From Chlorobium sp. (GTDB taxonomy: Bacteria > Bacteroidota > Chlorobiia > Chlorobiales > Chlorobiaceae): a DNA stretch of 64,000 nucleotides. The stretch covers positions 90,820 through 154,819 of the forward strand of contig NZ_JAIGND010000006.1 of assembly GCF_036528655.1 (NCBI RefSeq), in the 5' to 3' direction. Positions 39,599-48,192 of the stretch are shown here, piece after piece; position 1 is the stretch's first letter; the number at the start of each line of letters is the position of its first letter. The translations under genes and the position numbers were made by a program. The notes below the pieces were generated by a model. The model made no database searches. It was not told the origin of the DNA and saw nothing but the letters and a program-made list of their open reading frames with translations.

Positions 39599-40207
39599 TT
39601 ATAATAATGTATGAGTCGGGGCTCCTTCTTCCCGTCCGGTTCCGGCCAGATATTCCGACTCCTCTTTTTCCTGAAGAATCTCCCGGATCTCCCGAAGCCG
39701 CGGAAGATCACGAAGCGAGTGCAGGCCGAAAAGGTCGAGAAACTCTCTGGTCGTTCCGTACTGGAGAGGCCTACCCGGCGAATCGGCCCTTCCGGATACG
39801 GTAATGTAGCCGCGTTCGAGAAGTCGTTCTACCGCATAATCGGGGCTGGTGCCCCGAAGCTGCTGTATCTCTCCTTTGGTGACGGGCTGACGATAGGCGA
39901 TAACCGACAGCACTTCGAGTACCGGCTGAGAAAGTTTTCTTCGGATTTTCGGAGCAATCAGCCGCTTCAGAAGAGCGGCATATTGCGGCTCGGTAAGAAA
40001 ACGATACCCGCCGGCGACAGGGCGTATGCGAAAGGTCAGGCCTGCTGCGGCATAGTCTGCATTCAGACCGGCGACGATTGCGTCGAGCTGGCCGGCCGTC
40101 AGATCCGCCCCGGTCGCCTGCCTCAGCATCGAAAGGGTTGCGGGATCCTCGGAGGCAAAAACCACTGCCTCTACCTGCTGCTGTATCGGCAATCCGGGTT
40201 CGTGCAC
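39599..40207 (-). CDS. scpB: Segregation and condensation protein B
   Basis: 202 aa. VEAVVFAS, LSQPVLEVLSVIAYRQPVTKGEI, RGTSPDYAVERLLERGYI and GRPLQYGTT are ScpB motifs. Confidence 0.9.
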   Translation of the reverse strand: MHEPGLPIQQQVEAVVFASEDPATLSMLRQATGADLTAGQLDAIVAGLNADYAAAGLTFRIRPVAGGYRFLTEPQYAALLKRLIAPKIRRKLSQPVLEVLSVIAYRQPVTKGEIQQLRGTSPDYAVERLLERGYITVSGRADSPGRPLQYGTTREFLDLFGLHSLRDLPRLREIREILQEKEESEYLAGTGREEGAPTHTLL

Positions 40208-40265
40208 TGCAGTATTTTATCCGCGCTTGTTGAACGAGAAGGCCGTAAAACTGCTCCCGAAAGGA

Positions 40266-41036
40266 TTAACGGGTTCTGGCCGTTGAAAAATTGCGGTCAA
40301 GGCAAATTCCTCCCTCGTAGTTGTACCATATCTCCTGGCAGGGAAAATTGCACTCGTAGAGAGCCTTGCCGATAATGACGGAATCAACGCCGTACTGCTG
40401 AAGCTGCACGAGCCGCCGGAGATCTTCCGAGCTCGTCACGCCTCCGGAAGCGGTTATTTTCATGCCCGCTTTCCCTGCAAAACGCTTCGTGCTTTCGTAA
40501 CCGAACCCCTGCATCATGCCATCGCGGGAGATATCGGTATAGATGATCCGTTCGATACCGATTTTCTTCATCTCAAGGGCAAGTTCGTAATCCTGCATGC
40601 CGCTGCTTTCCGTCCACCCCTTTATTCTGGGAATGCCATTCTCGGCATCGATGCCGACCACGATACGCGAAGGGCGGTAACGGGTCAGCAGGTCGGCGAT
40701 CAGCTCAGGATTTGTCACGGCGGCAGAACCGATCACTACCCGACTCACGCCGATATCCAGATACCTCTTTACCGCTTCGAGCGAACGAATGCCTCCGCCG
40801 ACCTGGATTGGAATATCGAGCGCCTCGACGATCTCCCTGATCTTGTCGAAATTGACCGTCTCGCCGGTCAGGGCAGCATCGAGATCGACGACGTGCAGCA
40901 TTTTGGCATTCTGCTTGCGCCAGATGATTGCCATATCGAGAGGGTTGTCGAGGTAGATTTTCTGCTGGTTGAAATCTCCCCTCGTAAGACGGACACATTT
41001 TCCGTCCCTGATATCTATTGCAGGAATAATCAGCAT
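40266..41036 (-). CDS. hisA: 1-(5-phosphoribosyl)-5-[(5-phosphoribosylamino)methylideneamino]imidazole-4-carboxamide isomerase
   Basis: 256 aa with MLIIPAIDIRDGKCVRL, VQVGGGIRS and YTDISRDGM. Confidence 0.93.
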   Translation of the reverse strand: MLIIPAIDIRDGKCVRLTRGDFNQQKIYLDNPLDMAIIWRKQNAKMLHVVDLDAALTGETVNFDKIREIVEALDIPIQVGGGIRSLEAVKRYLDIGVSRVVIGSAAVTNPELIADLLTRYRPSRIVVGIDAENGIPRIKGWTESSGMQDYELALEMKKIGIERIIYTDISRDGMMQGFGYESTKRFAGKAGMKITASGGVTSSEDLRRLVQLQQYGVDSVIIGKALYECNFPCQEIWYNYEGGICLDRNFSTARTR

Positions 41037-41071
41037 GTCTGTAAACGCATAAAGAGCTGAATCAAAAAAAC

Positions 41072-41677
41072 CTAACAGGAAGCGAAATTCTTGAGCACCT
41101 GCAAACCTGCCCCGGAGCTTTTCTCCGGATGAAACTGTACAGCGAAAATACCATTTTTTTCAATGGCCGAACAGAAATTTTTACCGGCAAACCAGGTCGT
41201 GGCCACGCTATCCTCGGGATTGCCCGGTTCACAATAGTAGGAATGCACAAAATAAAAAAAAGTGTGGTCGGGTATACCCCTGAACAGAACGCACTCTTTT
41301 TTCATGTCAACAGAGTTCCAGCCTATCTGGGGAATCTTGTCGGTTTCGCTTCTGAAATGCAGTACGTTGCCGGGAACAAGATTCAATCCCTTGTGCCTGC
41401 CCATCTCTTCGCTTTCGCCGAGAAGCAGCTGCATTCCAAGACAGATGCCGAGAAGGTGTCGCCCCTTGTCCATATGTTCGAGCAGGGCATCGGTAAAACC
41501 GGAACTGTTCAGCGAATCGATTGCCTGGCCGAAAGCTCCAACTCCCGGAAGCAGGACCTTTCTGAAATCTCCGAGCTCGCGGGGATCGCTGCTTACGACT
41601 GCCCTGATACCGAGATATTCGAATGCTTTCCGCACCGAATGAAGGTTTCCTGCGCCGTAATCGGCTATAAAAATCAT
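41072..41677 (-). CDS. hisH: Imidazole glycerol phosphate synthase, glutamine amidotransferase subunit
   Basis: Start at MIFIADYGAGNLHSVRKAF. Catalytic motifs GICLGMQLL and FVHSYY; ends VQFHPEKS. Confidence 0.93.
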   Translation of the reverse strand: MIFIADYGAGNLHSVRKAFEYLGIRAVVSSDPRELGDFRKVLLPGVGAFGQAIDSLNSSGFTDALLEHMDKGRHLLGICLGMQLLLGESEEMGRHKGLNLVPGNVLHFRSETDKIPQIGWNSVDMKKECVLFRGIPDHTFFYFVHSYYCEPGNPEDSVATTWFAGKNFCSAIEKNGIFAVQFHPEKSSGAGLQVLKNFASC

Positions 41678-41855
41678 AGACGTAGCGTTTGACTGATGAC
41701 GAGAGAGCAGGAAAAACCGCAACAATTATCCCGAATTCTTTTCCCGACGAATCGTTTTTTTATTCGACTTTTATTGTTTATAATAACCTTCCTTTTGTCC
41801 TTACCTGAACGATCAGCAGTTCTCCTTAACCATACATAGCCAAAAAAAAGAACAA

Positions 41856-42701
41856 ATGTACAATATTGTTTCTGCTATTTTTTTAGCTGAAAATATCAAA
41901 AAAATAGAAATACAGGCTCCCCGCATCGCCAAAAAAAGAAAAGCAGGGCAGTTTGTGATGATAAGAGTAAGCGAACACGGCGAAAGAATTCCGCTGACCA
42001 TTGCCGGCTCGGATCCGGAGAAGGGAACCATCACCATCATCGTTCAAGGCATGGGCAAATCCACCCGAGAGTTGAACATGAAAGCCGCCGGTGACACCAT
42101 CAACGATATCGTCGGGCCGCTTGGCACCCCTTCGCATATCGAAAAATTCGGCACAACCGTCGTCATCGGAGGCGGCGTCGGCTCAGCCATCGCATATCCG
42201 ACAGCCGTTGCGCTCAAGGAAGCCGGAAACCACGTCATCACCATCAATGGCGCCCGAACGAAGGATCTCGTGATTCTTGAAGAGGAGATGAAAGCGGTAA
42301 GCGACGAAGCATACATCACCACCGACGACGGATCTTACGGATTCCATGGATTCGTCACCCGGAAACTGCAGGAACTGCTCGAATCCGGCAGAACCATCGA
42401 TTACGTCCTGGCCATCGGACCTGTTCCCATGATGAAAGCGGTAGCCGAAGTGACCAGACCGAACGGAATTCATACGGTCGTAAGTCTCAATCCGGTTATG
42501 GTGGACGGCACCGGCATGTGCGGCGGCTGCCGTGTCACTGTTGACAATGAAATCAGGTTCGCCTGCGTCGACGGCCCCGAATTCGATGCCCACAAGGTCG
42601 ATTTCAGGAATCTTTCCGACAGGAACCGTATGTACCTCGAAGAAGAGAAGCAATCTGCCGAAGAGTTTTCGCACAAGTGCCGCATCGGCCTGCTCGAGTA
42701 A
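41856..42701 (+). CDS. PyrK-like FAD/NAD(P)-binding [2Fe-2S] subunit (NfnA / SudB type)
   Basis: 281 aa. FNR-like fold (GQFVMIRV, RIPLTIA, VVIGGGVGSA) and a C-terminal cluster motif CGGCRV...FACVDGPEF. It is paired with a GltD-like gene downstream. Confidence 0.8.
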   Translation: MYNIVSAIFLAENIKKIEIQAPRIAKKRKAGQFVMIRVSEHGERIPLTIAGSDPEKGTITIIVQGMGKSTRELNMKAAGDTINDIVGPLGTPSHIEKFGTTVVIGGGVGSAIAYPTAVALKEAGNHVITINGARTKDLVILEEEMKAVSDEAYITTDDGSYGFHGFVTRKLQELLESGRTIDYVLAIGPVPMMKAVAEVTRPNGIHTVVSLNPVMVDGTGMCGGCRVTVDNEIRFACVDGPEFDAHKVDFRNLSDRNRMYLEEEKQSAEEFSHKCRIGLLE

Positions 42702-42812
42702 AAAGCACCTTTCATAAAGACCATTACATCAACCGGGTCTGCCGGACCACCGTGCAGATATGCCTGGTTTGCTGTCATTCACAATCAGAATACCTTTCAG
42801 CGGGAAATCACT

Positions 42813-44261
42813 ATGGATGTAAAACCTATGACGACCAAAGAACGCCTTGCTATACCGCGCCAGCCCATGCCGGCACAGGATCCGGGCGAACGCGTACACA
42901 ATTTCAAAGAGGTCAACCTCGGCTACACTCCGGAACTGGCACAGAAGGAAGCCATGCGCTGCATCCAGTGCAAGGATCCGGTATGCATCAAGGGCTGTCC
43001 GGTCAATATCAAAATCGACAAGTTCATCAAACTGATAGCTGATGGCAATTTTCTCGGAGCCGCAAAAAAGATCAAGGAGGACAACATCCTTCCGGCAATC
43101 TGCGGAAGGGTATGCCCGCAGGAAGACCAGTGCGAAAAGGTATGCGTGCTCACAAAGAAGTATACGCCTGTAGCCATAGGAAATCTTGAGCGGTTCGTTG
43201 CGGATTACGAGCGCGAATATGGTGAAATCGAGCTTCCCGATGTAAAACCAGCAACAGGGAAGAAAGTCGCCGTTATCGGCAGCGGGCCCGCTGGGTTGAG
43301 CTGTGCGAACGATCTTGCCCGTCTCGGCCATGCCGTTACGGTTTTCGAGGCCCTGCATGAACTCGGCGGCGTGCTGATGTACGGCATTCCGGAGTTCCGT
43401 CTCCCCAAGGATATCGTCAAAACGGAAATCGACAGCCTGAAAAAACTTGGCGTAGAATTCGTGACCAACACCGTCGTCGGACGCTCGGTCACCATCGACG
43501 AACTGATGCAGGAAGAAGGGTTCGACGCGATCTTTATCGGAGTCGGAGCGGGTCTGCCCTGGTTCATGGGCATACCGGGCGAAAACCTTCTCGGGGTGTA
43601 TTCGGCAAACGAGTTCCTCACCAGAGTCAACCTGATGCAGTCATATACCTTTCCTGAAAACGACACGCCGGTCTTCGACTGCAAGGGAAAGAGCATCGCA
43701 GTGTTCGGAGGCGGAAATACCGCCATGGACGCGGTACGAACAGCCAAACGTCTCGGAGCCGAACATGCCTATATCGTTTACCGCCGTTCCGAAGCTGAAA
43801 TGCCGGCCAGAGCCGAAGAAATCCACAACGCGAAAGAGGAGGGAATCGAGTTCCTGCTGCTCATGAACCCCGTAGAATTCATCGGCAACGAACAGCAGTG
43901 GCTGACCGGAGTGAAATGCCTCAGAATGGAGCTCGGCGAACCTGACGATTCCGGCCGCCGCAAACCGGTTCCGGTAAAAGGTTCGGAATTCGTGCTGCCG
44001 ATCGACATGGCAGTAATATCCATCGGCAACGGCTCGAATCCGCTCATCAAGCAGACGACGCCTGAAATCGAGGTCAGCAAGCGCGATACGATAGTCGTGG
44101 ACATCAATACCATGGCAACATCGAAAGATGCAGTCTATGCCGGCGGCGACATCGTCACCGGCGGCGCAACCGTCATCCTTGCCATGGGAGCCGGACGCAC
44201 CGCGGCACACGCCATACATGAAAAGCTCACGGGAACCGCACCTCATTTCGACGAATGGTAG
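42813..44261 (+). CDS. Glutamate synthase small-subunit-like NADPH oxidoreductase (NfnB / SudA type)
   Basis: 482 aa. N-terminal Fe-S motifs (RCIQCKDPVCIKGCP and ICGRVCPQEDQCEKVC), then VAVIGSGPAGLSCA and VFGGGNTAMD dinucleotide folds. Confidence 0.88.
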   Translation: MDVKPMTTKERLAIPRQPMPAQDPGERVHNFKEVNLGYTPELAQKEAMRCIQCKDPVCIKGCPVNIKIDKFIKLIADGNFLGAAKKIKEDNILPAICGRVCPQEDQCEKVCVLTKKYTPVAIGNLERFVADYEREYGEIELPDVKPATGKKVAVIGSGPAGLSCANDLARLGHAVTVFEALHELGGVLMYGIPEFRLPKDIVKTEIDSLKKLGVEFVTNTVVGRSVTIDELMQEEGFDAIFIGVGAGLPWFMGIPGENLLGVYSANEFLTRVNLMQSYTFPENDTPVFDCKGKSIAVFGGGNTAMDAVRTAKRLGAEHAYIVYRRSEAEMPARAEEIHNAKEEGIEFLLLMNPVEFIGNEQQWLTGVKCLRMELGEPDDSGRRKPVPVKGSEFVLPIDMAVISIGNGSNPLIKQTTPEIEVSKRDTIVVDINTMATSKDAVYAGGDIVTGGATVILAMGAGRTAAHAIHEKLTGTAPHFDEW

Positions 44262-44280
44262 TATATTCCTGAAACACCAT

Positions 44281-44305
44281 ACGGACCGGCATCGAGCCGG
44301 TCCGT
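44281..44305 (+). terminator. Perfect 10-bp hairpin after the gltD-like gene
   Basis: ACGGACCGGC-ATCGA-GCCGGTCCGT, 20 nt after the stop. No U-tract follows. Confidence 0.45.
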
Positions 44306-44336
44306 AAACTGCAAGGTTTAACAGCAGACACCAGGA

Positions 44337-44741
44337 ATGAGTGAATTGTACCGCTTTGGCGTCTCTCTTGAAAAAGAGCTGATCGACGCATTCGACCGTC
44401 ATAGAGAAGAACAGCACTACAACAGCCGCTCCGAAGCATTGCGCGATCTTATCCGCGAAGAGCTGCTTAAAAAAAAATGGCTGGAAGGAGGCACGGTAGC
44501 CGGTGCCATCGTCATGACATACGACCACCACAAACGGGAACTTGTCAACCAGCTGATCGACATCCAGCACGATTTTCAGGAGGTCATCATCTCCACCCAG
44601 CATGTCCATCTCGACCACAGCCACTGCCTCGAAATCATTGCCGTCAGGGGCTCCGCTTCGGATGTTCAGAAACTCGCCTCGATACTGAAAGCAAAAACAG
44701 GCGTAATCAACCTCAGTCTTGGCATATCCTCGGCCGGTTAA
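44337..44741 (+). CDS. nikR: Nickel-responsive transcriptional regulator NikR
   Basis: 134 aa. Ribbon-helix-helix N-terminus (RFGVSLEKELIDAFD) and a C-terminal metal site pattern (HVHLDHSHCLE). Confidence 0.92.
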   Translation: MSELYRFGVSLEKELIDAFDRHREEQHYNSRSEALRDLIREELLKKKWLEGGTVAGAIVMTYDHHKRELVNQLIDIQHDFQEVIISTQHVHLDHSHCLEIIAVRGSASDVQKLASILKAKTGVINLSLGISSAG

Positions 44742-44750
44742 CAATTGTTG

Positions 44751-44787
44751 TTGACAATCCGTAACACTATTCGTATTTTTGTGCTAC
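44751..44787 (+). promoter_or_regulatory. Sigma70-like promoter overlapped by a GTAACAC-N13-GTGCTAC palindrome (candidate NikR operator) upstream of the Ni/Co transport operon
   Basis: TTGACA (44751-44756), 17 nt, then TATTTT (44774-44779). The inverted heptamers GTAACAC (44761-44767) and GTGCTAC (44781-44787; the reverse complement GTAGCAC matches 6 of 7) are separated by 13 nt. Confidence 0.45.
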
Positions 44788-44827
44788 GACCGGATTGCAA
44801 TAAATAACATATTCACACAACCGGAGC

Positions 44828-45625
44828 ATGTCCATGAAACGGATACCACTGATTGCAGTAGCGCTGTCACTTGCATCGACGCCTTCATTCGCCGCCCATC
44901 CGCTCATTACCGATGATACCGGCACGCAAGGAAAGGGCAAGTTCCAGATAGAATGGAATAACGAGTTCGCCTGGAACAATACTGATGACGGGGGGGTAAT
45001 AACAGAAGAAACTGCTGGCGAAAGCGCCGTCGCCATTTCGTATGGTCTGACGGAGCATATCGACCTGGTCGCAGCCATGCCGTTCCAATGGTATTCGATT
45101 GAAGAAAACGGCGTGAGGGTCGGTGACGACAGCGGTATCGGAGATATGAGCATCGAGTTGAAATGGCGGGTTCTTGAACAGCAAGATGAAGGATTCAGCC
45201 TTGCCGTCAAACCCGGTATTTCAATCCCGTCCGGGGACGAAAAGCAGGGATTCGGCAGCGGAGCGGTTTCTCCCGGCATCATGCTCATTGCAACCAAAGA
45301 GGGCGATTTCGGAGCATTGCACTGCAACGCGGGCTATAGCCGAAACAACTATCGCGACGATGCTGCCGACGAAGCGACAAGAGACGATATCTGGCACGCT
45401 TCGGTTGCAGTCGAAATCAACATGTCGGACAACCTTCGCGCGGTTGCAAACATCGGCATGGAAACCAGTGAGGAGCATTCGAACGACAGCCATCCGGCAT
45501 TTCTCATCGGAGGCATGATCTGGGGAGTGTCGGACAATCTTGATCTCGACCTGGGCGTGAAATGCGGCCTGAACGATGCGGAAACCGATACCGCACTGCT
45601 TGCAGGACTTGCCGCAAGATTCTGA
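44828..45625 (+). CDS. Outer-membrane beta-barrel transporter-like protein (MetA-pathway/PF13557-like)
   Basis: 265 aa. Signal peptide MSMKRIPLIAVALSLASTPSFAA followed by HPLITDDTGTQGKGKFQIE. Alternating strand pattern, ends ...LAARF. First gene after the NikR-type operator. Confidence 0.7.
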   Translation: MSMKRIPLIAVALSLASTPSFAAHPLITDDTGTQGKGKFQIEWNNEFAWNNTDDGGVITEETAGESAVAISYGLTEHIDLVAAMPFQWYSIEENGVRVGDDSGIGDMSIELKWRVLEQQDEGFSLAVKPGISIPSGDEKQGFGSGAVSPGIMLIATKEGDFGALHCNAGYSRNNYRDDAADEATRDDIWHASVAVEINMSDNLRAVANIGMETSEEHSNDSHPAFLIGGMIWGVSDNLDLDLGVKCGLNDAETDTALLAGLAARF

Positions 45626-45648
45626 ACAAAATCAAAGGAGAAAGAACC

Positions 45649-46680
45649 ATGCACATGTCAGACGCACTGCTCTCGCCTGCAGTAGGGGGAGCATTCTGGG
45701 CTGTGAGCGGAGGACTCATCGCCTGGTCGATAAAAAAAAGCTCCATGGATCAGGACGGAAGAAAAACTGCACTCATGGGCGTGCTCGGAGCTTTCGTCTT
45801 CGCGGCACAGATGATCAATTTCACCATTCCCGGCACCGGATCCAGCGGTCACCTTGGCGGGGGACTTCTTCTGACGGTACTGCTCGGCCCACATCGCGCA
45901 TTTATAGCCCTTGCATCGGTTCTGGTCATCCAATCCCTTTTCTTTGCGGACGGCGGACTGCTCGCCCTCGGATGCAACATCTTCAATCTCGCCTTCTTTC
46001 CGGCATTTGTCGCCTATCCGTTTCTGTACCGCACCATTGCAGGCAACTCACTCACTTCCGCCCGCCTGGGTGCTGCCAGCATGACGGCGGCAACGGCAGG
46101 ACTGCTCATGGGCGCATGCTTCGTTGTGCTCCAGACAACCGTCTCGGGCATAAGTGAACTGCCGTTCGGCACCTTTATGCTCTTCATGCTCCCCATTCAT
46201 TTCGCCATCGGAATCGTAGAAGGTCTGGTCACATGGGCCGTCGTTGCTTTCGTTGCAGCAACGGACCCGACACTTCTGAGCATGCAGCATGAATCGGATA
46301 AAAAACGATCCCTGACACCTGCCGTATTCATACTTATCGCGCTTGTAACCGGAGGCACACTGGCCTGGTTCGCATCGCCATATCCGGACGGGCTTGAATG
46401 GTCGATGGCCAGAACATCGGGACAGGAAGAAATCGAAGGGCGCCCTGAACCTGTGCACGGCACGCTCTCGTCGATTCAGGAAAAAATCGCGTTTCTGCCG
46501 GATTACGGATTCAGATCGACCGGAGACGGACCTTCTGAATCAACCGATCCTGCATCTCCGGTAAACACCGGCACATCGGTATCCGGTATCGCAGGCAGCC
46601 TTATGGTGCTTATCCTCGCTGGAGTAATCGGCCTGTTTACCGGAGCCGGGATGCGCAAAACGGAAAAAACCGGTGAGTGA
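45649..46680 (+). CDS. cbiM: ECF transporter substrate-capture component CbiM/NikM fused to a PDGLE (CbiN/NikN-like) C-terminal module
   Basis: Start at MHMSDALLS (metal-binding Met-His N-terminus), preceded by an AAAGGAG RBS. The CbiM core includes GSSGHLGGGLL. The C-terminus has ASPYPDGLEWS (PDGLE motif) plus a final TM helix. Confidence 0.85.
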   Translation: MHMSDALLSPAVGGAFWAVSGGLIAWSIKKSSMDQDGRKTALMGVLGAFVFAAQMINFTIPGTGSSGHLGGGLLLTVLLGPHRAFIALASVLVIQSLFFADGGLLALGCNIFNLAFFPAFVAYPFLYRTIAGNSLTSARLGAASMTAATAGLLMGACFVVLQTTVSGISELPFGTFMLFMLPIHFAIGIVEGLVTWAVVAFVAATDPTLLSMQHESDKKRSLTPAVFILIALVTGGTLAWFASPYPDGLEWSMARTSGQEEIEGRPEPVHGTLSSIQEKIAFLPDYGFRSTGDGPSESTDPASPVNTGTSVSGIAGSLMVLILAGVIGLFTGAGMRKTEKTGE

Positions 46681-47419
46681 GCCGAAGCATCATGCAAACC
46701 GGCCAGAGCATGCTCTTCCGGCAGGAGACAGGGCATCTCTTGGCATCCTAGCCATCTTCATTATCTTCGTGGTCGCTGTACCGAAAAACAACCTTCCCGC
46801 TGTGATAGCATACGGGGCCTTTACCCTGTTCGTGATCACAGCCTCAAGGCTTTCCCTGCGGCTGATCATGAAAAGGCTGCTTGTTATCTCTCCCTTCGTC
46901 CTGTTCATGGCTGCGGGAAACCTCTATTTCGACCGTCAACCGATTTTCGATGCGTGGAACTTCGCTGTAACCGGAGGCATGATCTCCGCGGGAGTCATTG
47001 CAGCAAAATCCCTTGTTACAATCTCGGCACTGCTCGTCTACTCTCACTCGGTTCCCTTCCACCGATTCGGTAACGCTCTGCGTGCCTTCGGGGTACCGGA
47101 ACTGTTTGCAACCCAGCTGCAGCTGGTCTACCGGTACAGTTTCATGCTTGGCGATGAAGCCCGATCCCTTCAGAAGGCACGCGACCTTCGCTCATTCGGA
47201 CATAAGGGAAAGGATATCCGCGCCACTGCGCAACTGATCGGCTCTCTGCTGGTAAGATCATCGTTACGGGCCGAAAAGATTTACATGGCCATGAGCGCGC
47301 GGGGATTCGGCAACAACCTTGCCTTGCAGCAGAAAGAACCATTTACGAAGCGTGACGCAATAACGGTCCTCCTGACGACATGGTATTTCCTGGCAGTCCG
47401 GATAGTGTTCATACCATAA
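46673..47419 (+). CDS. cbiQ: ECF transporter transmembrane (T) component CbiQ
   Basis: 248 aa, polytopic. ARSLQKARDLR is the conserved CbiQ coupling motif region. The GTG start overlaps the cbiM stop by 8 nt. Confidence 0.8.
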   Translation: MSEPKHHANRPEHALPAGDRASLGILAIFIIFVVAVPKNNLPAVIAYGAFTLFVITASRLSLRLIMKRLLVISPFVLFMAAGNLYFDRQPIFDAWNFAVTGGMISAGVIAAKSLVTISALLVYSHSVPFHRFGNALRAFGVPELFATQLQLVYRYSFMLGDEARSLQKARDLRSFGHKGKDIRATAQLIGSLLVRSSLRAEKIYMAMSARGFGNNLALQQKEPFTKRDAITVLLTTWYFLAVRIVFIP

Positions 47420-47436
47420 CAATAACAAAAGGCAGC

Positions 47437-48156
47437 GTGATCGAGACAGAACGGCTTTCATTCGCCTATAATGACGGAACGAAAGCACTGCGGAATATTA
47501 CACTCAGGGTACGGGAAGGGGAATCGGCAGGAATCATCGGCACGAACGGGGCGGGAAAATCGACACTGCTGAACCATCTGAACGGCTGGTTCACACCACA
47601 GAGCGGAACCGTAACCGTCGATAGCATCCCGTCTACGAAAAAAAGTCAGGAAACCCTCCGCCGCAAGGTCGGCCTGGTATTCCAGAACCCGGATGATCAG
47701 CTTTTTATGACCCGGCTGTACGATGACATCATGTTCGGGCCTGACAACCTCGGCATGCACAGAACGGAAAGCGAAGCGGAAGCAGAACGGCTGCTCAGGA
47801 ATTTCGGCCTGTGGGAACTGCGCGAAAAACCGCCATCGAAGCTTTCGCAAGGACAGAAACGGTTTGCAGCCTTTGCTGCGGTACTTGTCATGCGCCCCCC
47901 GATACTTGTTATGGATGAACCGACATCGGACCTTGATGCGCGTAACAGGAAAAAGCTCATTTCGCTTATCCGGTCACTATCGTCAACAAGAATAACGGTA
48001 TCGCACGATCTCGATTTTATCTGGGACACCTGCGACAGAGTCTTCGTCATGAACTCCGGCCGGATAAGCGCGGAGGGTACGACAACGGAAATTCTTGCCG
48101 ACAGACAATTGCTCGAGGAAAACGGGCTCGAACTTCCCATCAGACTTCAGCATTGA
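47437..48156 (+). CDS. cbiO: ECF transporter ATP-binding protein CbiO
   Basis: GTG start giving (M)IETERLSFAY. Walker A GTNGAGKSTLL, signature LSQGQKRFAAFA, Walker B LVMDEPTSDLD. Confidence 0.9.
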   Translation: MIETERLSFAYNDGTKALRNITLRVREGESAGIIGTNGAGKSTLLNHLNGWFTPQSGTVTVDSIPSTKKSQETLRRKVGLVFQNPDDQLFMTRLYDDIMFGPDNLGMHRTESEAEAERLLRNFGLWELREKPPSKLSQGQKRFAAFAAVLVMRPPILVMDEPTSDLDARNRKKLISLIRSLSSTRITVSHDLDFIWDTCDRVFVMNSGRISAEGTTTEILADRQLLEENGLELPIRLQH

Positions 48157-48192
48157 ATATCCCGGAACATACGGGAAAAATCCGAATCCGGT

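Noticed and set aside
48157-48192. A short hairpin, TCCCG-gaacata-CGGGA, between convergent cbiO and the NYN gene, considered as a terminator.
   Set aside because: It has only a 5-bp stem and no U-tract following the stem on either strand. That is too weak to call.
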